A program made the position numbers and the translations under genes. The notes beneath the pieces were generated by a model. The model saw only the letters and a program-made list of their open reading frames with translations. It ran no database searches and was not told the DNA's origin. Positions 23,205 through 33,568 of a stretch of DNA of 40,883 bases are shown in pieces. This stretch comes from a virus: the UHGV virus genome UHGV-0848487; one strand, given 5' to 3'. Position 1 is the stretch's first letter. Each line of letters opens with the position of its first letter.

Positions 23205-25385
23205 ATGAGTTACCTGTTCTTAGACTTTGAAACATTCTCCGAAGCCGATTTGAAGAAAGTCGGCTCCTACGCTTACGCCGAACATCCAACCACCGAAGTT
23301 CTAATCTGCACATATGCTTTTGACGACGAGCCTGTGCAGGTATGGGATTGCACCAACGGCAGCGACATACCGGGCGATTTGCACCGCGCGTTACGCCGTC
23401 TGGTGAAACCAAACAGCCGTATTAAGATGGTGTGGCACAACGGCTCAATGTTCGACAGGCCCATCATGAAGCACTGCTGGGGTTTTGATATTCCCGTAAG
23501 CAACACCATTGATACGATGATTTGGGCGTTTCGTCACGCGCTGCCGGGTTCACTCGACGCATTGTGCGAAGTGCTTGGCGTGTCTGCAGACAACGCGAAA
23601 GACAAACGAGGCAAAGCGCTTATTCAGCGTTTCTCTAAACCGACGCCGAAGAACTACAAAATTCGCCGCTACACTGCTGAAACGCACCCGGATGAGTGGG
23701 CGCTGTTCATCAAGTACGCCGTTAGCGACATCACCGCGATGCGTGAAGTGTTCCATAAGTTGCCGCGTTGGGGTAACTCCGAGTTCGAAGACCGTGTACT
23801 GGAACTGGACCAGTTAATTAACGACCGCGGGTTTAAGGTCGACGTTGCGCTGGCGGAAGCCGCAATTGAAGCTGTGGAGAAACACAAGGCACAGTTACAG
23901 GAAGAAGCCCAACGTAAATACGGCGGCTCGCTTACAGGTAAGGACTTCCTGCCGATTCTGCGTGAACTGGCGCCTGCGCATCGCATCCACAACGCGCAGA
24001 AGTCTACGCTTAACGACCTGCTTGCTGACGATGATTTACCGGACGACGCCCGCACGATTATAGAAATGCGCCTCGGGGCGGCATCCACTGCGTCAACGAA
24101 ATATAACCCGCTGCTGTTAGGCCGCTCGTCTGACGACCGCCGTCGCGGTTGCATCCAGTATGGTGGAGCTAAACGTACGTTACGATTTGCGGGTAAAGGC
24201 TTCCAGCCGCAGAACCTGGCGCGTGGGTACTATCACGATGATGAACTGGATAAAGGTATTTCAGCATTACTTAAGGGCCGAGCACATCGCCGTTTTGATG
24301 TAGCCAAGCTAACGGCATCTACGGTTCGCAGCTGCATTATCCCGGAAGCCGGACATAAGTTTGTCGTCGCCGACTACTCGAACGTTGAAGGCCGCGGTTT
24401 GGCGTGGCTGGCTGGCGAAGAAACCGCGCTTGATACGTTCCGTGCCGGGCTGGATATTTACTGCGTAACCGCAGGCAAGATGTTCGGCATGGAGCCGGAT
24501 TACATTAAGAAAGAACGTAAAGACTTACGCCAGATTGGTAAGGCATGCGAACTTGGACTTGGCTACGCGGGTGGTGTCGGCGCATTCGTACAGTTCGCCA
24601 AGAACCTCAGCCTTGACCTTGTTGATATGGCAAAAACAATGGACGGGACTTTCCCCGACCACATCTGGGCTGCTACCGCACGTGGATATGAGTGGGCGCG
24701 TATTCAGGAAGCCAAGCGACCACCACGTCCAGGTGAAAATGATGACCGACCATCTTATATTCTTGATAAGAAAGTGTGGCGTACCTGCGACGCTATCAAG
24801 CGTATGTGGCGTGAGTCACACCCGGAAACAGTAGCTTTCTGGCGGGATATTGAAGACGCAGCTATGGCAGCTATCCGCAATCCGGGCAAAGAGTTCACCG
24901 CAGGGCCGCGGGGAGTTAAGTTTTCGCGCAACGTAGAAACGGACAACAACGGCAACAAAGTCGCCGGTTGGTGGTTGCGGATGACGTTGCCGTCGGGCCG
25001 CGTTATGTCTTATCCGGGCGTCGGGTTGAGCGTGTCGAAAGAGACAGACGAAGATGGAAAGGTGTCCACTAACGTCCGCATCAAATACCAGGGGGAGAAC
25101 CAGTTAACCCGTCAGTGGGGCTTCCAGTACACCTACTCTGGTAAACTGGTGGAAAACTGCACTCAGGCTCTGTGCCGTGATTTGCTGGCTAATGCGCTGC
25201 TGAACGTAGAGGCAAACGGCTACCCGATTGTTCTTCACGTACACGATGAGATTATCTGCGAGACACCAGATTTACCGGAATACAATGTAGATGAACTGGA
25301 GAAATTAATGTGTGCGTTGCCTGAGTGGGCAGAAGGCTTCCCTCTTGTAGCAGAAGGTGCGGAGATGAAGCGTTATGCCAAGTAA
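23205..25385 (+). CDS. DNA polymerase, family A with 3'-5' exonuclease domain
   Basis: Exo I motif LFLDFETFS; motif A ADYSNVEGR; motif B RQIGKACELGLGYAGG; motif C HVHDEII. Confidence 0.85.
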   Translation: MSYLFLDFETFSEADLKKVGSYAYAEHPTTEVLICTYAFDDEPVQVWDCTNGSDIPGDLHRALRRLVKPNSRIKMVWHNGSMFDRPIMKHCWGFDIPVSNTIDTMIWAFRHALPGSLDALCEVLGVSADNAKDKRGKALIQRFSKPTPKNYKIRRYTAETHPDEWALFIKYAVSDITAMREVFHKLPRWGNSEFEDRVLELDQLINDRGFKVDVALAEAAIEAVEKHKAQLQEEAQRKYGGSLTGKDFLPILRELAPAHRIHNAQKSTLNDLLADDDLPDDARTIIEMRLGAASTASTKYNPLLLGRSSDDRRRGCIQYGGAKRTLRFAGKGFQPQNLARGYYHDDELDKGISALLKGRAHRRFDVAKLTASTVRSCIIPEAGHKFVVADYSNVEGRGLAWLAGEETALDTFRAGLDIYCVTAGKMFGMEPDYIKKERKDLRQIGKACELGLGYAGGVGAFVQFAKNLSLDLVDMAKTMDGTFPDHIWAATARGYEWARIQEAKRPPRPGENDDRPSYILDKKVWRTCDAIKRMWRESHPETVAFWRDIEDAAMAAIRNPGKEFTAGPRGVKFSRNVETDNNGNKVAGWWLRMTLPSGRVMSYPGVGLSVSKETDEDGKVSTNVRIKYQGENQLTRQWGFQYTYSGKLVENCTQALCRDLLANALLNVEANGYPIVLHVHDEIICETPDLPEYNVDELEKLMCALPEWAEGFPLVAEGAEMKRYAK

Positions 25386-25506
25386 ACTGATTATCGCGGT
25401 ACTGGCTGGATTCGCCGCCGGTGTTTACTGTCATGAGGGTCAGTACGGCATGATGGTTGCCGTATTGGGTATATTCATCGCAATTTATCTGTGGGTGCTG
25501 GAATGA
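25375..25506 (+). CDS. small membrane peptide (43 aa), hypothetical
   Basis: ATG overlapping polymerase 3' end; two hydrophobic segments; under track cutoff. Confidence 0.3.
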   Translation: MPSKLIIAVLAGFAAGVYCHEGQYGMMVAVLGIFIAIYLWVLE

Positions 25507-25598
25507 AAATTTACTGGTTATATGAAGAAGACTGTCGAATCTGCCCTCGCTGCGGTATCGCGCATACGAAACGGGAGGGGTGTATAGATGAGTACGCC
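25503..25598 (+). CDS. small Cys-rich peptide (31 aa), hypothetical
   Basis: ATGA overlap; CRICPRCG ... C motif. Confidence 0.25.
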
Positions 25599-25875
25599 TG
25601 AGGGGCGCGTGCAGAAATACGCAAAAGAGCGATTCGAGGCCCTGGGAGGCCTCGTACGCAAATTGTCGTACGAAAATAGAGCGGGCGCCCCCGACCTGCT
25701 GGTAATTCTCCCTGGTGGCATCATCTGGTTCGTCGAGGTTAAGAAAGACGAAAACACGAAGCCGGACCCGCACCAGTTACGAGAGCACGAGCGGATGCGT
25801 AAACGTGGTGCAAATGTTTTTGTCGTTGGTTCGTTTAAACAGGTTGACGACCTAATAGCGGGCTATTATAGTTAA
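25588..25875 (+). CDS. VRR-NUC domain nuclease
   Basis: GAPDLLVILPGGIIWFVEVKKDENTKPDPHQ matches VRR-NUC PD-(D/E)XK core; RBS GGGAGGGG. Confidence 0.7.
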   Translation: MSTPEGRVQKYAKERFEALGGLVRKLSYENRAGAPDLLVILPGGIIWFVEVKKDENTKPDPHQLREHERMRKRGANVFVVGSFKQVDDLIAGYYS

Positions 25876-25905
25876 TCACACACCAACAATATAAGGAATT
25901 GAGAA

Positions 25906-26100
25906 ATGAGACACGAATATGACCGCAAACCAGCACGTGACATCGTACCGGGTGACATGATTTTCAACGTTAAGACACGTCAACCTGTTGCCGTTGATAC
26001 GGTGTTCGTCGAGTCGAACGGTAAACTGGTTATCGAAGATGTAACGGGTAACGTTACGGCGTTCGGGCGTAAAGAGCTGGTACTCTACATTAAGGGTTGA
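25906..26100 (+). CDS. hypothetical protein (64 aa)
   Basis: ORF track; RBS AAGGAA. Confidence 0.45.
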   Translation: MRHEYDRKPARDIVPGDMIFNVKTRQPVAVDTVFVESNGKLVIEDVTGNVTAFGRKELVLYIKG

Positions 26101-26102
26101 TT

Positions 26103-27527
26103 ATGTCTAAATTTATCCGTCGAGAGTACCAAAAGCTCATGACTTCATTCATGCTGCGGCATCCGCGCTGTAATATTTGGGCTTCGATGGGCGCGGGCAA
26201 AAGTTCCGCAACGATGTGGGTGCTTAACCGACTGTTCCGCAACGGCCAACTTAATGATGATGACCGCGTGTTAATCCTCGCCCCTTTACGTGTTGCGTCC
26301 GGTACGTGGCCATCAGAACAAACTAAGTGGGGATTCCCGTGTCTGCGCGTCGTAGATGCGACCGGTTCAGAGAAGCGCCGCATCGCGGCGCTGGAGTCAG
26401 ATGCTAACGTGGTGTGCACTAACTACGAAGTTATCGAATGGCTGATTGACTACTACGGCAAAGACGACTGGCCTTTTACCGTTATCGTCGCCGACGAAAG
26501 CACGAAGCTGAAATCATTCCGCAGCCGTTCAGGTGGAAGCAAGAGGGCGAAGGCGCTAAGTAAAGTTGCGTTCGGTAAGGTTAAGCGTTTCATTAACCTG
26601 ACTGGTACGCCGTCGCCGAACGGCCTCAAGGACTTATGGGGCCAGAACTGGTTTATCGACGCGGGTGAGCGCCTCGGTTCTTCATACACAGCATTCACCG
26701 ACCGCTGGTTTAACTCGGTACAGAAAGGCAAGTCAGCTATGGCGCGTGAGTACCATGCGCGCCCGGGCGCAGATAACGAGATTCACCAGAAGATGAAAGA
26801 CATTAGTCTCACGATTGACGCCGCCGAGTGGTTTGGATGTGAAGCGCCGATTATTGTACCAGTGGAAATTGACCTGCCGAAGAAAGCACGTCAGGCGTAC
26901 ATCGATATGGAGGAAAAGTTATTCGCGGAACTGGAGAGCGGGGAAGTTGAAGCGGCTAACGCCGCGGCGAAGACCTCAAAATGCTTGCAGCTTGCATCTG
27001 GTGCCGTATATGTGACGGGCGAAGACGGGGAAGCAACGAAAGACTGGGAGAAAGTGCACGACACGAAACTGGATGCGCTGGAGTCAATTGTTGAGGAGCT
27101 ACAAGGTGCGCCGTTGCTTGTGGCTTATCAGTTTAAGCATGAACTGGAGCGCATCCTTAAGCGATTCCCGCAGGCGCAGGCGTTCGCCAAAGGTGCGAAG
27201 GGTAATAAGCAGATGGAAGCGTGGAACCGTGGCGAAATCGAAATCTTATGCGTGCACCCGGCGTCAGCCGGGCATGGTTTGAATTTACAGGACGGCGGGC
27301 ATCATCTGGCGTTTATTTCGCAAGGCTGGAATCTTGAGCACTATTTGCAGGTTGTCGAGCGTATAGGCCCGGTCCGCCAGAAACAGGCTGGCCACGAGCG
27401 CCCGGTGTTCCTTTATCACATAGTCGCTAAAGACACTCTTGACGAGGTTGTTGCCGCGCGTACAGACGAGAAGAAATCGGTCCAGGAAGAATTGCTTAAT
27501 TATATGAAGAGAAGAGGTAAGAAATGA
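26103..27527 (+). CDS. SNF2-family DNA helicase
   Basis: GAGKS Walker A, VIVADESTKLK motif II, NLTGTPSPNGLKDLW motif III; preferred ATG 26103. Confidence 0.7.
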   Translation: MSKFIRREYQKLMTSFMLRHPRCNIWASMGAGKSSATMWVLNRLFRNGQLNDDDRVLILAPLRVASGTWPSEQTKWGFPCLRVVDATGSEKRRIAALESDANVVCTNYEVIEWLIDYYGKDDWPFTVIVADESTKLKSFRSRSGGSKRAKALSKVAFGKVKRFINLTGTPSPNGLKDLWGQNWFIDAGERLGSSYTAFTDRWFNSVQKGKSAMAREYHARPGADNEIHQKMKDISLTIDAAEWFGCEAPIIVPVEIDLPKKARQAYIDMEEKLFAELESGEVEAANAAAKTSKCLQLASGAVYVTGEDGEATKDWEKVHDTKLDALESIVEELQGAPLLVAYQFKHELERILKRFPQAQAFAKGAKGNKQMEAWNRGEIEILCVHPASAGHGLNLQDGGHHLAFISQGWNLEHYLQVVERIGPVRQKQAGHERPVFLYHIVAKDTLDEVVAARTDEKKSVQEELLNYMKRRGKK

Positions 27528-27661
27528 ACATCATAGCCCCGATTCCCGCATTGCAAAAACGTATCAAGGAACTCGAAGAGGAGGTTCTACGACTACGACA
27601 ACAGAGGGATGCCGCTAATGCACAACTGGCGTTTGTACTGGAGAAGCTATCAGAAGAGTAG
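27524..27661 (+). CDS. small coiled-coil peptide (45 aa), hypothetical
   Basis: ATGA overlap with helicase stop; under track cutoff. Confidence 0.3.
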   Translation: MNIIAPIPALQKRIKELEEEVLRLRQQRDAANAQLAFVLEKLSEE

Positions 27662-27665
27662 AGAA

Positions 27666-27685
27666 AAGGCCCCGTTTGGGGCCTT
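27666..27685. terminator. bidirectional intrinsic terminator at convergent junction
   Basis: AAGGCCCC-gttt-GGGGCCTT flanked by A-run upstream and TTTTATTT downstream. Confidence 0.6.
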
Positions 27686-27689
27686 AGTT

Positions 27690-30644
27690 TTATTTATCTT
27701 CTAGTGCTGCCAGCCTCTTCTCGAACTCGCGCATCTTCTTACGCTGATAGGCAATCTCTATGAAGAACATCTGGTCCGCCCTAACCCCCCATCTGCCGCC
27801 GGGAGGGGATACTTGTACAGTCTGGCCATCTTCATCAATATCATACGCAGCTTCAATTGAGTCGTAGCACAAGAAAGCATATTTACAATCGGTAGAATCT
27901 TTCTCCATAAGCCCATGGTTGACCAAGATGTCTCGCACATCTTGGGCTATCACACCGAAGTGTATCCTTGCAGTGTCACCCTTGATTGCTAGGCTTTCAA
28001 GCCACTTAAAAGATATTACATGTATATCCTCCCATGCGGTAAGGAGTTGTCCCTCAATTTCCTCTTTGTTCGTCTTAAGTGTACCATCAGACGTGTTTAT
28101 CGTACCGGTGGCCGCGTACACCGTAGTCCACCTATTACTTGCCGAACCTAAAGACACTCGCGCGTCTAAGTAAGGAAGAAAATTGTTGTATGAGTAGAAG
28201 CCTCCTGACGCATACATAATAGCCCTGTTAGGCGTTGCATGGTTTGCCCCGTACAGTTGCAGCAACGCACCATCGGAACTGGATGCACCATCACCACCGC
28301 TAACTATCAGTCTTTGACCCGATGGGGTTTTAGTGGGGACTGTTTTTGAAATCAGCCCGTAATCACCATCAAACCGTGCACGCACGGCGGACTGTTGTGT
28401 ACCATCGTATTCCAGCCCCGTTACATGCAGGGAGTACACGCTTACATCATTGTCAAACGTTAAAGGTGCTTCTACATGGCGTACACCATCTACCCCCATG
28501 GCGACAGGTATTGTACGGTTAGGAGTTGCTCCGTATTTGAAATCACGTGATACGTACGGGTGGTCTTCAATCTTTATCCGGTAGCTATATAAGTCAGCCG
28601 GATGCCCATCATGTTTGTACCATAACCTCGCACTGTTATCCCCTATGCTCCAGGGAGAGAAGAAGTCTTCCCCACCAAAGATATAGTACAACCAGCCATC
28701 TTTAACACAGACCGAGCCGACGCCGACAGCAGAGTTAACGATATGACCCTGGTATATTTGGTCGGTAATATTAAACCACTGAACATCATCTAAAGATGAA
28801 GGCCAGGACGACACATTAACTTTGCACATAAAGGTCCTCGGATACGAACCTTCATAGCGGCTGTCCTGCTCGCCACCTTCCCACTCACCAAAGGCACGTT
28901 CTGTACCAAAGATATAGAGATAGTCACCTACTTTAGCGAACGGAAGATTGGAGTGATGTACATTGTTCGGAAATCGCAAGTAGCTCCAGTTTTGCCCAGA
29001 ATCGGTGCTCATCGCCAGTGTAGAGCCAGGGGAAGTAGGTAATGTGCCGCGTGTGGTAAGGTATAACACACCACCATAACTTTTCACGCACGGCTCAGAA
29101 GCGTTATCAGCGTATGCCTGAGCGACAGTGCGACGAACGAATACGCCTGGATTGTCATACACGTTACTAAAATACAAGACACCGAGACGCCGAGGGGACA
29201 CATCGCCGTTGTGATAGCCGACAGCGATAGTGTAGTTAACATCATCTATGACCGCAAAACTATGTGTCTCCGTGACACACAAATCAGCGTTAGTGGAGTA
29301 TGCTACCCCAGGCAATTCGGTAATTTCCCACGGGCTGTCCCAGAATCGCGTTGCGAAGTTCCAGGTAACACCCGCATTGTTTATGGTGGAACTCGCCGGG
29401 CTTGAGAGCGTAACAGTGAACGTATTTCGGTTAATTATAGACGAAACCGTCATATTACCCGATACGCCAGTTGCCGATGTATTAGAGAAGTTAACCGCAT
29501 CTCCTGCTTTTAGGCCATGATTTTCTATGACAATGGTAGCAGTAGTGGAGCCAGAACTAATAGTTATTCCGCCGGTTGGGTGTCTAAAATACGGCATTGG
29601 GCGTGACCAAAGTTCTGCCTTCTTCATCCGCATATTAGATAAGTAGCGGGTTTCTATAACTGCATATAATCGGTTGCCACACGTACCCATGCTCATGCAG
29701 TGGTAGTTAACTCTGTCCGTAGAAACACTAGCGTTATAGTCAGCATGGATTGGAGTCAACCACTCAGGCATTGACCAAGTCTGCCCGTCGTCACCAGAGC
29801 GAACCCAAGCTACATGTAAGTTTTGAACGCCATGTCGTTCGCCTGCCATAAACGGGGCGTAAATAACATGGTCGTAGACGAAAGTTTTATCCTGCGTCCA
29901 TGCGTTGTAGAACGGGGTATCCGTCACCTTAGTTAGTGAGCCGTTAAAGAAGCCATCAGCTACATAAGTAAGCGGTTGCCCGGCTACGCGCTCGTAAACG
30001 AATGCAGCATTCTTAAATTTACTAATGTCAGGTAATTGGGAAACTTTATAAGTCAAACCCCTGCCGTCTATAATCCAATTGTTGGGGGAAGCTGCTAATA
30101 CATTAAAAATAGATTGAGTATCATCAGTTACGCCGTCGCCCACGGCGCCCCATGCGCGCGGGTCGTATTCGTCCTTCCATCGCGCCACATGTAAATCTGG
30201 GTACAGAATTGCACCATTTACATCAGATATTTGCTGCCGCAGTATGACCGACCCGACAGGCTGCCACGCCCCATCTGCCACGCCACCGGTGGACTGCGGA
30301 GAAGATGACGCTGGGATAATTTTTGGTAGAGCACCCAACCAATAGTACCAATCCCCGTCACCGCCAGAGGACGACGGCCACAAAACTGCGGTGTTTCGGT
30401 CGTTAGCGGATAGTGTACCGCCTGACGTGAAATCAAAATCTGCCAGTTTAAAACCTGCGTCACGCAACACGGCGGGGAGTGTCTTCTGCGTCTGTCCAGT
30501 AACCTGATTTGTCGCGTAATCAATATCGGCACCACCGGCGACACCGCCGGATTTGCCAGTGATAACCTCGGCCTCGAAAATCTGATGTTTCTTGGCGGTT
30601 TGTAAATCCGCCAGGCTTAAAACGTCACCGCATCCGCTTGACAT
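27690..30644 (-). CDS. tailspike / tail fiber with sialidase-like beta-propeller (candidate endosialidase) and C-terminal intramolecular chaperone domain
   Basis: 984 aa; Asp-box motifs SGDDGQTW and STDSGQNW; C-terminal SDGTLK ... HFGVIAQDV region resembling autoproteolytic chaperone domains of endosialidases/tail fibers. Confidence 0.7.
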   Translation of the reverse strand: MSSGCGDVLSLADLQTAKKHQIFEAEVITGKSGGVAGGADIDYATNQVTGQTQKTLPAVLRDAGFKLADFDFTSGGTLSANDRNTAVLWPSSSGGDGDWYYWLGALPKIIPASSSPQSTGGVADGAWQPVGSVILRQQISDVNGAILYPDLHVARWKDEYDPRAWGAVGDGVTDDTQSIFNVLAASPNNWIIDGRGLTYKVSQLPDISKFKNAAFVYERVAGQPLTYVADGFFNGSLTKVTDTPFYNAWTQDKTFVYDHVIYAPFMAGERHGVQNLHVAWVRSGDDGQTWSMPEWLTPIHADYNASVSTDRVNYHCMSMGTCGNRLYAVIETRYLSNMRMKKAELWSRPMPYFRHPTGGITISSGSTTATIVIENHGLKAGDAVNFSNTSATGVSGNMTVSSIINRNTFTVTLSSPASSTINNAGVTWNFATRFWDSPWEITELPGVAYSTNADLCVTETHSFAVIDDVNYTIAVGYHNGDVSPRRLGVLYFSNVYDNPGVFVRRTVAQAYADNASEPCVKSYGGVLYLTTRGTLPTSPGSTLAMSTDSGQNWSYLRFPNNVHHSNLPFAKVGDYLYIFGTERAFGEWEGGEQDSRYEGSYPRTFMCKVNVSSWPSSLDDVQWFNITDQIYQGHIVNSAVGVGSVCVKDGWLYYIFGGEDFFSPWSIGDNSARLWYKHDGHPADLYSYRIKIEDHPYVSRDFKYGATPNRTIPVAMGVDGVRHVEAPLTFDNDVSVYSLHVTGLEYDGTQQSAVRARFDGDYGLISKTVPTKTPSGQRLIVSGGDGASSSDGALLQLYGANHATPNRAIMYASGGFYSYNNFLPYLDARVSLGSASNRWTTVYAATGTINTSDGTLKTNKEEIEGQLLTAWEDIHVISFKWLESLAIKGDTARIHFGVIAQDVRDILVNHGLMEKDSTDCKYAFLCYDSIEAAYDIDEDGQTVQVSPPGGRWGVRADQMFFIEIAYQRKKMREFEKRLAALEDK

Positions 30645-30656
30645 ATAGAGTCCTCT

Positions 30657-33212
30657 TTAATTAAAACCATTGCTGAATCCGTCGGAGAAACCGCTGCCGT
30701 ATGGCGCGACGCCGTCGTATTTGTAGAGGCCGTCGTCATAGTTGTAGCCAGTAATCTTGACCGTGCGGTCGTCGCCCGGGTCGATTGAAGAAACAACTAT
30801 CTTCTGAGCATTATGCCTTGCTTCGTTGCCGAATGAAAACTCAGTTTTTAGTGCGCTATTCCCCGTGTAGATTGCTTCTTCCGGCGCGGAGAGCATAATC
30901 ACTTCGCGGTCGTGGCTTCCTTTGATAACGGAGATACTCTGTACAGAGCCATCGCGCTTCTTGAGGATGATGGAGTGGTCATCACCCGGAGTAAACGTAA
31001 CCGGCTGTGACAGTGTCAGCGTAAGCCCATTAACGGCAGCAACATAGCCGTCCTGTGGCGCAATACGCGAGCCTTTAACTACGCTGATTACACCGCCTGG
31101 GGTAGCGAGCGCACCTTCTTCGGTAGCTTCAAACTCTACGACAACTTTACTTAACGCATTGCGCTGATAGCGACGCCACGCCAGCCAATACGCCTGCTGA
31201 TAGTTACGTACGCCCTTCGATTCGTATTCCTCTGTATTTGCCCCGAGTTCTTCCGGGATATAAATCGTTTCCTGTACATTAGTATCCGGGTCGATGTACG
31301 AGAACGACAGGCTATCGTAGGTTGTCGAATCGTTGAACGTGCGGGTCCATTTCTCTGTACCGGTAGTTTTGCTGCGGTGGGTGAACACCATTTCAGGCCC
31401 CGCAACCGGACGGTCGAATCGCAGCATAATATCCGCGCCTTTACGGTACGCAGTACAGAACACGGCTTCCGCTATAGTCTGAACGATGTCCTGCATAGTA
31501 GTGTCGTAGTCGTCGAACGTGTAGCAGAATTGTCCGGCTAATTCGCTGCCAAAATAGTACTCAATCTCTTCCTGTACGGCAAGCAACTTATTCATGTTTG
31601 CCGTTGTCAGTTCCAGATTACCCACTGCGGGGTCACGAGCCAGTCTGATTAGCGACTGCACGGCCTGGGTGTTCGGTGTCATTACGCTATCAAATACGCC
31701 GTTACCTAGATATTTGTAGCACATCTCGGTCGCAATCATGCGCAGTTCAGGGTTATCGATACTGGCGGCCCGCGGTGTCTGTTTACGAGCGCAATGCACC
31801 GTTGTCCTGTTGCCGTAGTGCGGGGTTGTGTCCAGCGATTGCCCGTACAGGTTGATAAATGTTATCTCGTCGCTTACGGTACCGTCGTAGTCCTTGTCGA
31901 AATTAGTTATACGGCGCATACGGGCGCGGAAACGCGATGCAGTAGGCAACTGCCCGTAGATAGAAGTACCGACGTAATCCGTATTGTTGCCTGTAATTGT
32001 AGCCTGTACCGTGTAAATATCGCTCAACGGGTTACGCTGAGAGTCAATCATCTGGTACTGGAGTTCTACGGTTACGCTGGTGCGGTTATAGCCGCCGTCG
32101 TATTTGTAGAGGCCGTTCTGCCCGGCTACGTTAGCGAGCACACGGTCGACTTCCCCACGCACCATGTAATACCAGTCTGTAAGGGATACGTCGTAGGTGT
32201 TGCTCGGGCCGATAAACGTATCTGAACGCTCTGTTAGGGTGTACGTCTGTCCGCTGGTCAACGCCGCCCAGTTAGACGCTCCGTTTACCGCTAATCTTAC
32301 TTCGAAGTCGTCAACGTATAAAACATTAAACGAGCCGTTCAGGTTAGTGACATCAGCAACGTCAAAGTTGCTAAGCACCGCCACATCACCAACGCTAAGA
32401 AACTCAGAAAAAGCAGAGTTGCCTGACGGGTCATAGATGTAGCCGGTGTTTGAAATGCGTTTAGCCGTGCCGTCGGCGCTTGGGTTAGCTCCGATGTCGT
32501 TTGGCGCTTTCAGTACAATACCGTCAACGTCGTCGTTGGAGTATGTCACATAGAGTTTCTGGTCGATGACGTCGCCGATTTGTAGTTGCGGCGATGTGGT
32601 GTTGTTCGGTGACGTATACGGCGCGTATACGGCAACAGAGGAACCTGTGATGTCGCTTATCAGGGTGTCGCCCTCTGTGACGCCATCAGCCTCAATATGC
32701 AGATGTCCGCGCCCTGCGTCATAGTACGAATACTCCAGCAAAGCACCAGTGGAGTTGAACGCCTTATACGTCTGCATCAGGTCGTTAGGGATTGTCTGCA
32801 CAGTCCCGCAGATGTCATAGGAGCGCTCGTAAGGGCGTGGTTTGTTTGAGCGGTCTGTGAGGCTGTTATTTGGTGATGTTGTCTGGTTGTTAGTCGCCGT
32901 ATAGTTGGCGTTTGCGGACCTGTTCAGACCAAACAACTTAGCGATTGGCTTAAGGATAAAACCGAACACCTTACTAACGGCACCAAGCGCCCCGCTACCA
33001 GCACCCTCTATAATGTGGTACACGGCGTCTTCGTCTTTGAGTGCGTCGAAGTCGTCAGTTACGTCGGTATCATCACCAATCTCGCCGAGGTAGACGCGCA
33101 CCGGCACGCCGTCAGGGATACGGTTAACGACAAACTCCATCGGCATCCCGACGTGTTTTGTACGGTCGAAAGCTCCATCAGCGTTTCGCGTGTAGTGCAG
33201 GATTATCGCCAA
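30657..33212 (-). CDS. central tail tip / host specificity protein (lambda J-like)
   Basis: 851 aa at the position of gpJ in lambda-like order; TTG start assumed. Confidence 0.5.
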   Translation of the reverse strand: MAIILHYTRNADGAFDRTKHVGMPMEFVVNRIPDGVPVRVYLGEIGDDTDVTDDFDALKDEDAVYHIIEGAGSGALGAVSKVFGFILKPIAKLFGLNRSANANYTATNNQTTSPNNSLTDRSNKPRPYERSYDICGTVQTIPNDLMQTYKAFNSTGALLEYSYYDAGRGHLHIEADGVTEGDTLISDITGSSVAVYAPYTSPNNTTSPQLQIGDVIDQKLYVTYSNDDVDGIVLKAPNDIGANPSADGTAKRISNTGYIYDPSGNSAFSEFLSVGDVAVLSNFDVADVTNLNGSFNVLYVDDFEVRLAVNGASNWAALTSGQTYTLTERSDTFIGPSNTYDVSLTDWYYMVRGEVDRVLANVAGQNGLYKYDGGYNRTSVTVELQYQMIDSQRNPLSDIYTVQATITGNNTDYVGTSIYGQLPTASRFRARMRRITNFDKDYDGTVSDEITFINLYGQSLDTTPHYGNRTTVHCARKQTPRAASIDNPELRMIATEMCYKYLGNGVFDSVMTPNTQAVQSLIRLARDPAVGNLELTTANMNKLLAVQEEIEYYFGSELAGQFCYTFDDYDTTMQDIVQTIAEAVFCTAYRKGADIMLRFDRPVAGPEMVFTHRSKTTGTEKWTRTFNDSTTYDSLSFSYIDPDTNVQETIYIPEELGANTEEYESKGVRNYQQAYWLAWRRYQRNALSKVVVEFEATEEGALATPGGVISVVKGSRIAPQDGYVAAVNGLTLTLSQPVTFTPGDDHSIILKKRDGSVQSISVIKGSHDREVIMLSAPEEAIYTGNSALKTEFSFGNEARHNAQKIVVSSIDPGDDRTVKITGYNYDDGLYKYDGVAPYGSGFSDGFSNGFN

Positions 33213-33568
33213 AATTCAATCTCCGTGTACGTGTCTCTGAGGTCCGCCAGCCTGTCAAGCCGTACCTGACGTGAGGCAAGCTCGCAATGGCTGACCATCC
33301 CGTCGAAGTAAACTCCTGCGTGCCACACGATACGACCCCCACGGTGATACCCCATAAGCACCGCACAGAAGTTTTCAGGCTTATCAATTTTCGTAAGCCC
33401 TTTTGTGTTGCGGTGGCCTTCGTCAAACGCTTCGTTAATTGCCGCCGGGCTTGTAACGTCGAACGCCGGAGTATCTAGCCCGGCATCCGCGCGGACAATG
33501 CGCACGTGATGCCAGCAATTGCGCTTGCGAAAGTCGTAAGGTATGCCCGTGTAGTCGTTAATATTCAT
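33203..33568 (-). CDS. tail assembly protein with NlpC/P60-like peptidase signature (lambda K-like)
   Basis: 121 aa; Cys-His-His arrangement NCWHH ... WHAGVY ... SHCE; position between L-like and J-like genes. Confidence 0.5.
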   Translation of the reverse strand: MNINDYTGIPYDFRKRNCWHHVRIVRADAGLDTPAFDVTSPAAINEAFDEGHRNTKGLTKIDKPENFCAVLMGYHRGGRIVWHAGVYFDGMVSHCELASRQVRLDRLADLRDTYTEIEFWR

